Origin: Solirubrobacteraceae bacterium
GTDB taxonomy: Bacteria > Actinomycetota > Thermoleophilia > Solirubrobacterales > Solirubrobacteraceae
Assembly (NCBI GenBank): GCA_035507415.1
Contig: DATJOF010000016.1
Location: forward strand, 4,978-68,977
Reading direction: 5' to 3'
Length of the DNA stretch: 64,000 bases
Of this stretch, positions 9,292 to 17,836 are shown one piece after another. The first letter of the stretch is position 1; the number at the start of each line of letters is the position of its first letter. Below the pieces are notes generated by a model. It ran no database searches. It had not been told where the DNA came from and saw only the letters and a list, made by a program, of their open reading frames with translations. The position numbers were made by a program, and so were the translations under genes.

Positions 9292-10602
9292 ATGGCTGTA
9301 AGTCATCTGCAGTGCAAGGAGTGCAAGGCCGAGTATCCGCTGCAGGCGCTGTACGTCTGCGAGCAGTGCTTCGGCCCGCTCGAGGCCGCTTACGATCACA
9401 GCCGGCTGGTGGATGGGGGCCGGGACGAGCTGAGGAGGCGGATCCAGGCGGGTCCGCAGAACATCTGGCGATACGCCCACTTCCTGCCGACCACGGCTTA
9501 CGGCCGCGGTGCGCCGTCGGGATCGCCTGGGCCTTCGCAACGGTTCGCCTCGCGCGTCGGACTGCCGGCGGGGTGCACGCCGCTGATCCGCGCCGATCGC
9601 CTGGCGGGTGCGCTCGGGCTGCGCGAGGTTTGGGTCAAGAACGATGCGGCCAACCCGACTCACTCGTTCAAGGACCGGGTCGTCTCGGTCGCGTCCGCCC
9701 GCGCCCGCGAGCTCGGCTTCCAGACGCTCGCATGCGCCTCGACCGGCAACCTCGCCGGCTCGGTGGCGGCGCACGGGGCGGCGCTGGGGATGGAGTCCTA
9801 CGTGTTCATCCCCGCCGACCTCGAGGAGCAGAAGGTGCTGGCGACCGGGGTCTACGGAACCAAGCTGGTGGCCGTCGAGGGCAACTACGACGACGTCAAC
9901 CGGCTATGCACCGAGCTGTGTGCCGAACGCGAGTGGGCGTTCGTGAACGTCAACCTGCGGCCGTACTACGCCGAGGGCTCGAAGACGCTCGCGTTCGAGA
10001 TCGCCGAGCAGCTCGGCTTCGAGCTGCCCGACCGGGTGGTCGCGCCGATCGCCTCGGGCTCGCTGTTCACGAAGCTCGGCAAGGGTTTCGAGGAATGGCG
10101 TGAGCTCGGGTTGGTGGCCGGCGGGCTGCCGCGTATGAACGGCGCCCAGGCCGAGGGCTGCTCGCCCGTGGCGAGCGCGTTTGCCGCTGGCCGCGACGTC
10201 TGCCGTCCCGTCAAGCCCGAGACGATCGCCAAGTCGCTCGCGATCGGCAACCCGGCCGACGGACCGTACGCGCTCGAGCTGGCACGCGACAGTGACGGCG
10301 GCGTGGACGCGGTCAGCGACGAGGAGATCCGCGAGGGGATTGCGCTGCTCGCGCAGACCACGGGCGTGTTCACCGAGACCGCCGGCGGCGTCACCACCGC
10401 CGTGCTGGCCAAGCTGGCGCGGCGCGGGGACATCGACCCCGACGAGCGTGTCGTGCTGGTGATCACCGGCGAGGGCCTGAAGACGCTCGACGCCGTGCGC
10501 GGCACGTTCACGACGCACACGATTGTGCCCACCGTCGAGGACTTCGAGGCGCGCGTGCCCGCGCAGGCGGGCGCAGGGTCCTCGCGCGAAGTCGCGGTCT
10601 GA
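9292..10602 (+). CDS. Threonine synthase-like PLP enzyme (probable sulfur-carrier-dependent homocysteine synthase)
   Basis: N-terminal CxxC...CxxC, PLP lysine SFKDR, ASTGN, NLRPYYAEGSKT, ETAGG; RBS aaggag; SAM riboswitch upstream and MoaD gene downstream. Confidence 0.85.
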   Translation: MAVSHLQCKECKAEYPLQALYVCEQCFGPLEAAYDHSRLVDGGRDELRRRIQAGPQNIWRYAHFLPTTAYGRGAPSGSPGPSQRFASRVGLPAGCTPLIRADRLAGALGLREVWVKNDAANPTHSFKDRVVSVASARARELGFQTLACASTGNLAGSVAAHGAALGMESYVFIPADLEEQKVLATGVYGTKLVAVEGNYDDVNRLCTELCAEREWAFVNVNLRPYYAEGSKTLAFEIAEQLGFELPDRVVAPIASGSLFTKLGKGFEEWRELGLVAGGLPRMNGAQAEGCSPVASAFAAGRDVCRPVKPETIAKSLAIGNPADGPYALELARDSDGGVDAVSDEEIREGIALLAQTTGVFTETAGGVTTAVLAKLARRGDIDPDERVVLVITGEGLKTLDAVRGTFTTHTIVPTVEDFEARVPAQAGAGSSREVAV

Positions 10603-10877
10603 TGGCCGCCACAGTCAAGATCCCGACGCAGCTGCGCGCTGCGGCGGGCGGCGAGGCCGAAGCAACGCTCGAGGGCGGCACCGTCGCCGAGGTCCTGGAG
10701 GCGCTGTATGAGCGCCACGGCGAGCTGCGCGAGCGGCTCAGCTCCGAGGACGGCTCGCTGCGCCGGTTCGTGAACGTGTATGTGTCCGGCGAAGACATCC
10801 GCTTCCTGGACGGCCTGCAGACGCCGGTCGCCGATGGCGCGGAGCTGACGATCCTGCCGGCGGTCGCGGGAGGCTAG
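10602..10877 (+). CDS. MoaD/ThiS/CysO-family ubiquitin-like sulfur carrier protein
   Basis: 91 aa, IPTQLR...FVNVYV..EDIR...PAVAGG; free C-terminal Gly-Gly; overlaps the upstream stop (TGATG). Confidence 0.93.
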   Translation: MAATVKIPTQLRAAAGGEAEATLEGGTVAEVLEALYERHGELRERLSSEDGSLRRFVNVYVSGEDIRFLDGLQTPVADGAELTILPAVAGG

Positions 10878-10947
10878 ACCCGCGCCGGGGACGCGTCAGG
10901 ACGTCCCCGAGCGCTCGCAGGCTCCGCGAGCAACCCGACGGCTGAGG

Positions 10948-11169
10948 CTACTTGTCAGCCCGAACAGCGGTCGCCGAGTGCGCGTGGTGCGCGGGCGGAG
11001 GTGTGGCGCCGCTGACGCCGACCGTGCAGACGAGCCCGGCGGCGCACATCGCGCCGACTGTCAGCGCGCGCATGCGTCGCGGCGTGAGCCAGCTGATCTC
11101 GTGGGTCTGGAGCCAGGCCCTGAAGCCGCTGGCGGCCGAGCCCGCCGCCATCGCGCAACCGACGCACAT
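10948..11169 (-). CDS. 73-aa Cys/His-rich small membrane protein (MCVGC..., HHAH)
   Basis: Starts 5 nt after the ctaG-like stop on the same strand; one hydrophobic helix. Confidence 0.6.
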   Translation of the reverse strand: MCVGCAMAAGSAASGFRAWLQTHEISWLTPRRMRALTVGAMCAAGLVCTVGVSGATPPPAHHAHSATAVRADK

Positions 11170-11174
11170 GCGGG

Positions 11175-12194
11175 TCAGGATAGCTGACGCTCGGACGCCG
11201 AATGGTCAGTTCGCTGACCTTGCGGCTCCAGCTCGGGGTCGGCGTCCGGCTGGCGCGTTGCCGTCCGGCGTGCGCCGCCGCCGGCGAGGGCTTCGAGGCG
11301 CTCGCGCAGCTCGGCGCCGCGCCCGGCCGAGACGGCGCGCGCCGCACGCTTGTCGGTCAGCTCGATGCCGTGAGCCTGGGCGTAATCGAGCAGCTCTTGG
11401 CGTTCCTCGCTCTCGCGCGCCGCGCGCATGAACAGCCAGCAGAACAGGCCGATCGTGAGCAGCGACTCCTCGACCATCATCACGGCTCCCGCGATGTTCT
11501 GGTCGGCGATCGGCGAGATGTGGTAGCTGATGTCGCCCTTGATGTAGTACGGGTAGAACACGGTGCCGGACCACAGGAAGATGTTGCCGAGCACCGTGCC
11601 CGCCAGGCGCACGGCGACGATGTAGATGAGCTTGCCGAGGTTGCCGAACCAGCTGGGCATCGGCAGCGGCCCGAACAGGCACATCCACATGTTGATGCCG
11701 AAGCCGAGGAACGCCGCGTGCTCCAGGGCGTGCACGCCGGCGTGACGGAGGGCCGCTTCATAGAGCGAGGGCAGATGCCAGGCGTAGAGGTTGATCGCCC
11801 AGAGCGGAAACGCGATCAGCGGGTTGGCGAGGACGCGCAGCCTGTCGAAGAAGCGGATGCGGAGGATCGGCGCGATCAGTGGACCGGTGAGGCCGAGCAC
11901 GATCAGCAGCGCCGCGACGTCGCCGAGCAGCAGGTGCTCGATCATGTGCATGAACAGCAGTTCCTGGCTGATCCGCCCGAGCGACGTGAGCGCCGCAGCG
12001 ATCACCACGAACCCCGAGTAGAAGCAGGCCTGGCGCCAGCCGGGGACCGGATTGCGTCCCTCGAAAGCGAGCGTGCGCACGCGCCGCGCGTAGAGCAGGC
12101 CGGCGATCACGAGCGGCCCGATCTGGAACACCGCCTCGAGGTCGGTCGAGGTGGCCAGCGGCAACGGCGTCGTGTCGAATCCCGGCAACGTCAT
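11175..12194 (-). CDS. ctaG: Cytochrome c oxidase assembly factor, caa3 CtaG family
   Basis: HMIEHLLL, WHLPSLYEAAL, HALEHAAF, DQNIAGAVM; multi-pass membrane protein. Confidence 0.88.
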   Translation of the reverse strand: MTLPGFDTTPLPLATSTDLEAVFQIGPLVIAGLLYARRVRTLAFEGRNPVPGWRQACFYSGFVVIAAALTSLGRISQELLFMHMIEHLLLGDVAALLIVLGLTGPLIAPILRIRFFDRLRVLANPLIAFPLWAINLYAWHLPSLYEAALRHAGVHALEHAAFLGFGINMWMCLFGPLPMPSWFGNLGKLIYIVAVRLAGTVLGNIFLWSGTVFYPYYIKGDISYHISPIADQNIAGAVMMVEESLLTIGLFCWLFMRAARESEERQELLDYAQAHGIELTDKRAARAVSAGRGAELRERLEALAGGGARRTATRQPDADPELEPQGQRTDHSASERQLS

Positions 12195-12311
12195 CGTGCT
12201 GGAGAGTAAGACTTGTGGGTCGAATCGAACAGCCGCATGCGCTCATCCGCACTTGGTGCCGCAGCCGCGCTGGGTCTGTGAACGAGACTGCCCACGTAGA
12301 CTGCGGCAGGA

Positions 12312-13754
12312 ATGAGGCTCGAGGCGCGCCGCAGGCTGCTGTTCGCGCTTGGTGGCGCGGGCGCGGCGGCGCTGGCGGCGCCGGCGAGTGCGCAGGCGCA
12401 CGGGATCGTGGGGCGGGCCGACCTGCCGATCCCGGTGTGGCTGTTCAGCTGGGCGGCGGCGATCGTGTTGGTGGTGTCGTTCGTGGCGCTGTCGACGATG
12501 TGGACGAGCCCGCGGTTGCAACGCGAGCACCGGCGTCGGCTGATGCGCCTGCCGCGGGCGCTCGAATGGCTGGCGAGCGCGGTCGGCGTGGGACTGTTCG
12601 CGCTGGTCGTGTACAGCGGCTTCGCTGGAGCGCAGGTCACTCAGGCGAACTTCTCGGTGACGTTCATCTACGTGGTGTTCTGGGTGTGCGTGCCGCTCGC
12701 GAGCGTGCTGTTCGGCGATATCTTCCGCGCGTTCAGCCCGTGGCGCACCTGTGCGCGCGTGCTCACGGCGCTCGCCAACGGCGCGCGACGCGGCCTGTCG
12801 CGCTCCGGTCGGCACGTGCCGCCGCTGCGCTATCCGCAGTGGCTGGGAATGTGGCCGTCGGTGGCCACGATCGTGGGGTTCGCGTGGCTCGAGCTGATCT
12901 ACGTCGAACGCGACAGGCCCTCGACGCTGGCGGCGCTTTCGCTGGGGTACTTCGCGCTGAGCGTGCTGGGCATGATGCTGTTCGGCGTCGAGGAGTGGGG
13001 CGAGCAGGCGGACGGGTTCGCCGCCTACTTCCACCTGATGTCGATGCTCTCGCCGCTGTGCCGCGACGAGCAGGGTTATGTATGCCTGCGCAGGCCGCTG
13101 AGCGGGATCACGGGCCTGCGCGTCCAGTCCGGCACCGTCGCGCTGATCTGCACGATCATCGGCACGACCACCTTCGACGGCTTCAGCAACGGCGGCGTCT
13201 GGCGCAACGCCGAGCCGAGCCTGCAGAGCCTGGTGGCGGACGTCGGCTTCAACCCGACTCCATCGCTCGAGCTCACTTACACGCTGGGGCTGCTGTTCTG
13301 CCTGGCGCTGATCCCGCTGATCTACCGGCTCGGGATCACGGGGGTGCGCACCGTCAGCCCACGCTACGGGACGCCGCAGCTGACGCGCGCGTTTGCCCAT
13401 ACGCTGGTGCCGATCGCGTTCGCCTACATCCTGGCCCACTACTTCTCGCTGGTGATCTGGCAGGGCCAGGCGGTCGGCTACCTGGCATCGGACCCGCTCG
13501 GCAACGGCGCGAACATCTTCGGCACGAGCAGCTATCAGATCGACTACAACATCATCTCGTTCGCGGCGATCTGGTACGTCCAGGTCGTGGCCCTGCTGAC
13601 CGGCCATGTCGGCGGTCTGGCGCTGGCGCACGACAAGGCGCTGGTCCTCTACAGCGACGTCGAAGAGGCCGTGCGCTCGCAATACTGGATGCTGGCGGTG
13701 ATGGTGGCGTTCACGAGCTTCGGTCTGTGGCTGCTCTCGGCGGTGGGCACTTGA
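12312..13754 (+). CDS. Polytopic membrane protein of the family often annotated 'fenitrothion hydrolase'-like; function unknown
   Basis: Signal-like N-terminus ending AQA-HGIVGRADLPIP; conserved-looking FSPWR, TTTFDG, AYILAHY, GHVGGLALAHD and RSQYWML segments. Confidence 0.7.
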   Translation: MRLEARRRLLFALGGAGAAALAAPASAQAHGIVGRADLPIPVWLFSWAAAIVLVVSFVALSTMWTSPRLQREHRRRLMRLPRALEWLASAVGVGLFALVVYSGFAGAQVTQANFSVTFIYVVFWVCVPLASVLFGDIFRAFSPWRTCARVLTALANGARRGLSRSGRHVPPLRYPQWLGMWPSVATIVGFAWLELIYVERDRPSTLAALSLGYFALSVLGMMLFGVEEWGEQADGFAAYFHLMSMLSPLCRDEQGYVCLRRPLSGITGLRVQSGTVALICTIIGTTTFDGFSNGGVWRNAEPSLQSLVADVGFNPTPSLELTYTLGLLFCLALIPLIYRLGITGVRTVSPRYGTPQLTRAFAHTLVPIAFAYILAHYFSLVIWQGQAVGYLASDPLGNGANIFGTSSYQIDYNIISFAAIWYVQVVALLTGHVGGLALAHDKALVLYSDVEEAVRSQYWMLAVMVAFTSFGLWLLSAVGT

Positions 13755-14545
13755 GACGCCTGCCGCTCGCGTTGATCGTGTCGCTGTCGATCGCGGCGAT
13801 CGTCGTGGCCGGCGCCGGGGGGGCAGGCGCGCCGGCCGGCGCTTCGCAGTCCGGCGCCCGGTACAGCGCCGTGCAGCCGCCGGTCGCCGAGACGGGCAAC
13901 CCGATCGAAGACCAGGGCAGCAACTACGACTATCGCTCGTACATCACGAGCGTCACGCCCGACGCGTCCGGTCTGAGCCTGCAGGTGCTGGAGTTCGCCG
14001 ACCGTCTGCTGCTGACCAACCACACCGGCAAGACGGTCACGATCTACGGCTATGACGGCGAGCCTTACGCGCGCGTGCTCGCGAACGGCACCGCCGAGCA
14101 GAACGAGCGCTCCCCGGCCACCTACCTGAACACCAACTTCTACGGCCAGGTGAGCGTGCCGCCGTATGCCGACGCGGGCGCTGCGCCGCACTGGCAGGTG
14201 ATCGACCGCACCGGCCAGTTCGAATGGCACGACCACCGGATCCACTGGATGTCGCCCGTCGCGCCGGCGTGGGTCAAGGGTTCGAGCAGGCGCACGCTGA
14301 TCTTCGACTGGCACGTTCCGATCGCCGTCGGAGCCCAGAAGGGCTACATCAGCGGCCAGCTGTTCTGGACTCCGGAGACCTCCAAGGCCTCGCCTGCGGT
14401 GATCGTGCTGGGGGTCGCGATCGCGCTGCTGGGGCTCGCGTTCGCGTTGTTCGTGCGCAGGCGCCGCACACGCGCAGCGGCCGGTGCGGCGAGCGGGCCC
14501 GGCGGCGGCGGGCGAGGCGGCGGCGCCGGCGATGACGCCTGGTGA
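13751..14545 (+). CDS. Exported, C-terminally membrane-anchored hypothetical protein
   Basis: TTG overlaps the upstream stop (TTGA); signal peptide; GYDGEPY and FEWHDHRIHWM segments; C-terminal TM helix plus RRRR. Confidence 0.75.
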   Translation: MRRLPLALIVSLSIAAIVVAGAGGAGAPAGASQSGARYSAVQPPVAETGNPIEDQGSNYDYRSYITSVTPDASGLSLQVLEFADRLLLTNHTGKTVTIYGYDGEPYARVLANGTAEQNERSPATYLNTNFYGQVSVPPYADAGAAPHWQVIDRTGQFEWHDHRIHWMSPVAPAWVKGSSRRTLIFDWHVPIAVGAQKGYISGQLFWTPETSKASPAVIVLGVAIALLGLAFALFVRRRRTRAAAGAASGPGGGGRGGGAGDDAW

Positions 14546-14682
14546 GGCCGGCGCCGGAGCACCTCGCCCGGCGGTGGCGGGGGAGGCCGCCGCGCCGGCG
14601 ATGACGCCCGGTGAGGCCGGCGCCGGAGCACCTCGCCCGGCGGTGGCGGGGGAGGCCGCGGCGCCGGCGATGACGCCCGGTG
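14523..14682 (+). repeat. 69-bp tandem repeat (~2.3 copies) whose first unit contains the preceding stop codon
   Basis: gatgacgcc(t/c)ggtg at 14531, 14600 and 14669. Confidence 0.92.
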
Positions 14683-14822
14683 TGGCCCGCGCCGGAACTC
14701 CTATCGGGATCGAGGCCGGCACCGGATGGCGTGGACGTGATTCACGGGCGAGGCTTCTACGGGCCCGGCTCCTCGACCGACCACAGATTGGGCGCGGGCC
14801 CGCGTGATAACGTCCCAGGGTG

Positions 14823-14984
14823 ATGGTCCCGGTTGCGTGCCTCTATCACTGGTACATCTCGATGATGTACGTGGTTCCGGTTCTGTGCGTCGGCGGCTGG
14901 GGCTGGTGGAGCTCCAGGCGGATGGCGCGCCGCGCCCAGCAGCGCAAGGGCCCAGGTACGCCGGGCGGGCTGTCGACGCCCTGA
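14823..14984 (+). CDS. 53-aa single-TM microprotein missing from the ORF track (MVPVACLYHWYISMMYVVPVLCVGGWGWWSSRRMARRAQQRKGPGTPGGLSTP)
   Basis: Translated by hand; hydrophobic helix followed by a basic stop-transfer segment; GC3-rich codons. Confidence 0.65.
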   Translation: MVPVACLYHWYISMMYVVPVLCVGGWGWWSSRRMARRAQQRKGPGTPGGLSTP

Positions 14985-15076
14985 CCGGTGTCAGGCTTCG
15001 GTTTTCTTTACGAATTATTGAGCTGTTCCTGGGTAGCATGAGCTTGACTGGCTGTAACCCCTGAAGGTCACCTCGT

Positions 15077-15490
15077 ATGTCCTCCCTGGAAGCCACCGCC
15101 ATCGCTAGACCCGTCGACGCCGGGCTGACCGAGCGGATCGACGCGATCGCCCGCCTGGACGAGCGCAACCGCCAGCGCGCGACGGCGCCTACCGGCGCCG
15201 CGCCGGGCCGCTATCTGGAGGTGCAGGGAGCGGGTGAGACGCTGTTGGTTCCGCTGGGCCGCGGCGTGACGCACATCGGCCGCGGGCTGTCGGCCGATCT
15301 GCACCTCGACGAGGGCTCGGTCTCGCGTCGCCACGCGATCCTCGTGAATCGCGCCGCCAGCGCGAGGATCCTCGACGACCGCAGCGCCAACGGGACGCTC
15401 GTGAACGGCAGACGCGTGACCCAGGCAGAACTGCGCAGCGGCGACGTGATCGTGCTCGGGCGCGTCGTGTTGCGCTACCTCGAGCTCTAG
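15077..15490 (+). CDS. Stand-alone FHA domain protein
   Basis: IGR, SVSRRHA, DDRSANGTLVNG and GDVIVLG motifs. Confidence 0.92.
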   Translation: MSSLEATAIARPVDAGLTERIDAIARLDERNRQRATAPTGAAPGRYLEVQGAGETLLVPLGRGVTHIGRGLSADLHLDEGSVSRRHAILVNRAASARILDDRSANGTLVNGRRVTQAELRSGDVIVLGRVVLRYLEL

Positions 15491-15571
15491 ACCCGCCTCG
15501 CTCGAGCGGGGCGGGCCGACCCGGCGAGCAGCGCGCTGCCGCGGGACTGCGCGTTAGAGTGCGCCACCGGT

Positions 15572-17467
15572 TTGGGTCGAGCCTCCGCAAGCCTGGCGCG
15601 GCACGCGTCCTCACCGCGCGCCTGGGTGCTGGCGGTTATCGTCGTGGGCGTGGCGCTCGGCTCGTTCGTGGGTGTGCGCGCCAGCCAGGGCAGGACGGTG
15701 GCGCCGAGCTGTGTGCCGGCGCGGCTCGGTGTCTCCCAGGCGCTGGCCGGGGGCGCCGTGACGGTGACGCCGGCGCCGGACTCGATGGACGCCTCGCACC
15801 TCGCCCAGATCAGCTTCCTCGGCGTTCCCGCCGGCGAGATCGCCGACGTGAGCGTGAGCGGGTCGCGCAGCGGCGCGCACGCCGGGCGGCTCGAGGCCTA
15901 TTCGCAGGGAGACGGCGCGAGCTTCCTGCCGAGCGCGCCGTTCACCGAGGGCGAGGTCGTGAGCGTGCGCGCCGTGCTGCGCCAAGGCGCCGTTGCGAGG
16001 CGCTTCTCGTGGCATTTCACGGTCGCCGAGGTCGACTCGGTCAGCCGCTCGCTGGAGACGCCGCCGCCTCCGCCTCCTCCGCCAAGGGCAAGCGAACTGC
16101 AGCACTTCGTTTCGCGCCCGGACCTGCAGCCGCCGACCGTCGATGTCGACGCCGACAGCGGCGCGCCCGAAGCGGGCGACATCTTCCTCGCGCCGTACGC
16201 CGGCCCCGGGCAGTACGGGCCGATGATCCTCGACGGCCACGGCGGCCTGGTGTGGTTCAAGCCGATCCCGAAGGGCGAGCGCGCTGCCGATCTGCGAGTC
16301 CAGCGCTACGAAGGCAGGCCGGTCCTGACCTGGTGGCAGGATCCGCTGGTCGCGGGCGGTCGCCGCGACGCGGGCGTCGTGATCGCCAACAGCGCGTACA
16401 GGGACATCGAGATCGTGCGTGCCGGCAACGGCTACCAGCCAGATCTGCATGCCTTTGAAATCACCCCGAAGGGGACCGCTCTGTTCACGGTCTACGACGC
16501 GATCCGCTGCAATCTCAGCGCATACGGTGGACCCAGCAACGGCGCGGTCGCCGACACGCTGTTCCAGGAGATCGACCTGCACACCGGGCTCGTGCGCTAC
16601 GAATGGCACGCGCTCGACCATGTCGCGCTGGGCGACTCCTACGAGCCGCTCGGCAGCGGCGGCACAGACGTGTCGCCGTGGGACTACTTCCACATCAACG
16701 CCATCTCCGAACACGGCGAGGACCTGCTCGTCGACTCGCGCAACACCTGGGCCGCATACGACGTCTCCGCCAGGACCGGCCAGATCGTGTGGCGGCTGGG
16801 GGGCAAGCAGTCGAGCTTTCGGATGGGCCGGGGCGCAAGGCCGGCGTGGCAGCACGACGCGCGCGAAGAGCCCGACGGGACGATCTCGTTCTTCGACAAC
16901 GGCGGCACGCCGAAGGTCCACTCGCAGTCGCGCGTGATCGTGCTGTCGCTCGACAGGCAGACGATGACCGCGACGCTGCTGTCGAGCTTCGTGCATCCGA
17001 CCCCACTGCTGGCGGCCAGCCAGGGCGACTTCCAGCCGCTCGCGGACGGCGATTGGTTCGTCGGCTGGGGACAGGAACCGTACCTGTCGGAATACTCGGC
17101 CGCGGGGCGTCTGCTGTTCGACGCGCATCTGCCGGCGCGTTACCAGTCGTTCACCGTCCTGCGCTTCCCCTGGATCGGCGAGCCGAGCAATCCGCCGGCC
17201 GCGGCCGTGCGCAGGAGCAGCACGGGCGGGCTCGAGGTGTACGCCAGTTGGAACGGCGCAACTGAGGTGGCGAGCTGGCGGGTGCTCGAGGGCGCCAGCG
17301 CCGCGAAGCTCACGTCCGTCGCGCAGGCGCCGCGCGAAGGCTTCGAGACGGCGATCGCGGCGCCCGCCGCAGGCACCTACCTCGCCATACAGGCGCTCGG
17401 CGCCGAAGGCCAGGTGCTGGGAACGACTCCCGTGAGCACGCCCGCGGCGGACCTTTCAAAGCCGTGA
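15572..17467 (+). CDS. Exported arylsulfotransferase (ASST) family protein; start uncertain
   Basis: DLHAF, WDYFHINAI, WQHDAR, FFDNG, SQGDFQ and ASWNGATEV motifs; N-terminal signal anchor. Confidence 0.85.
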   Translation: MGRASASLARHASSPRAWVLAVIVVGVALGSFVGVRASQGRTVAPSCVPARLGVSQALAGGAVTVTPAPDSMDASHLAQISFLGVPAGEIADVSVSGSRSGAHAGRLEAYSQGDGASFLPSAPFTEGEVVSVRAVLRQGAVARRFSWHFTVAEVDSVSRSLETPPPPPPPPRASELQHFVSRPDLQPPTVDVDADSGAPEAGDIFLAPYAGPGQYGPMILDGHGGLVWFKPIPKGERAADLRVQRYEGRPVLTWWQDPLVAGGRRDAGVVIANSAYRDIEIVRAGNGYQPDLHAFEITPKGTALFTVYDAIRCNLSAYGGPSNGAVADTLFQEIDLHTGLVRYEWHALDHVALGDSYEPLGSGGTDVSPWDYFHINAISEHGEDLLVDSRNTWAAYDVSARTGQIVWRLGGKQSSFRMGRGARPAWQHDAREEPDGTISFFDNGGTPKVHSQSRVIVLSLDRQTMTATLLSSFVHPTPLLAASQGDFQPLADGDWFVGWGQEPYLSEYSAAGRLLFDAHLPARYQSFTVLRFPWIGEPSNPPAAAVRRSSTGGLEVYASWNGATEVASWRVLEGASAAKLTSVAQAPREGFETAIAAPAAGTYLAIQALGAEGQVLGTTPVSTPAADLSKP

Positions 17468-17581
17468 GGGGCAGGCGTTGCCCGCGCGAGGCCTGGGCCG
17501 CGAGCTTGTTGCAAGGGCAGCGCTATCGAACACGGACACGGCAGCCGATACAGGGGTCGTGCCATCCGAGCTCAATCGCGC

Positions 17582-17773
17582 ATGAACCCACGCGGCGCAT
17601 CGCGCGAGCAGTATCTCGTGATGAAGGAGCGGGCCACCAAAGCAGCCTGGAGTCTCGTCAGGATCGAGGATCCGCAGATGCGCTCGAACGTCAACGAGAT
17701 CGGCCGGTGGGCGTCGGGCTGGGTGCAGGAGTGGGAGGACGCCCATCCCGGACAGGCCGAGCCCTCCACGTAG
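17582..17773 (+). CDS. 63-aa hypothetical ORF, possibly a gene remnant
   Basis: Protein-like composition in the tRNA-adjacent islet; no recognisable motif. Confidence 0.4.
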   Translation: MNPRGASREQYLVMKERATKAAWSLVRIEDPQMRSNVNEIGRWASGWVQEWEDAHPGQAEPST

Positions 17774-17836
17774 GCCAGGCCGTGTGCCCTCGCGCGGCGC
17801 CGTCGCATCCGGGCGAACGACCATCCTGGTAGATCG

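Noticed and set aside
9292-10602. Annotating this gene simply as thrC
   Set aside because: S-box control and coupling to a sulfur carrier argue for a different function, so the gene symbol was left blank.
12215-13750. 5' part of the 776-aa ORF 12215-14545 as coding
   Set aside because: It overlaps the real gene 12312-13754 in another frame; only 13751-14545 looks like a protein.
14523-14682. 69-, 50-, 75- and 24-bp arrays as CRISPR
   Set aside because: Units are contiguous with no unique spacers, and there are no cas genes in the window.
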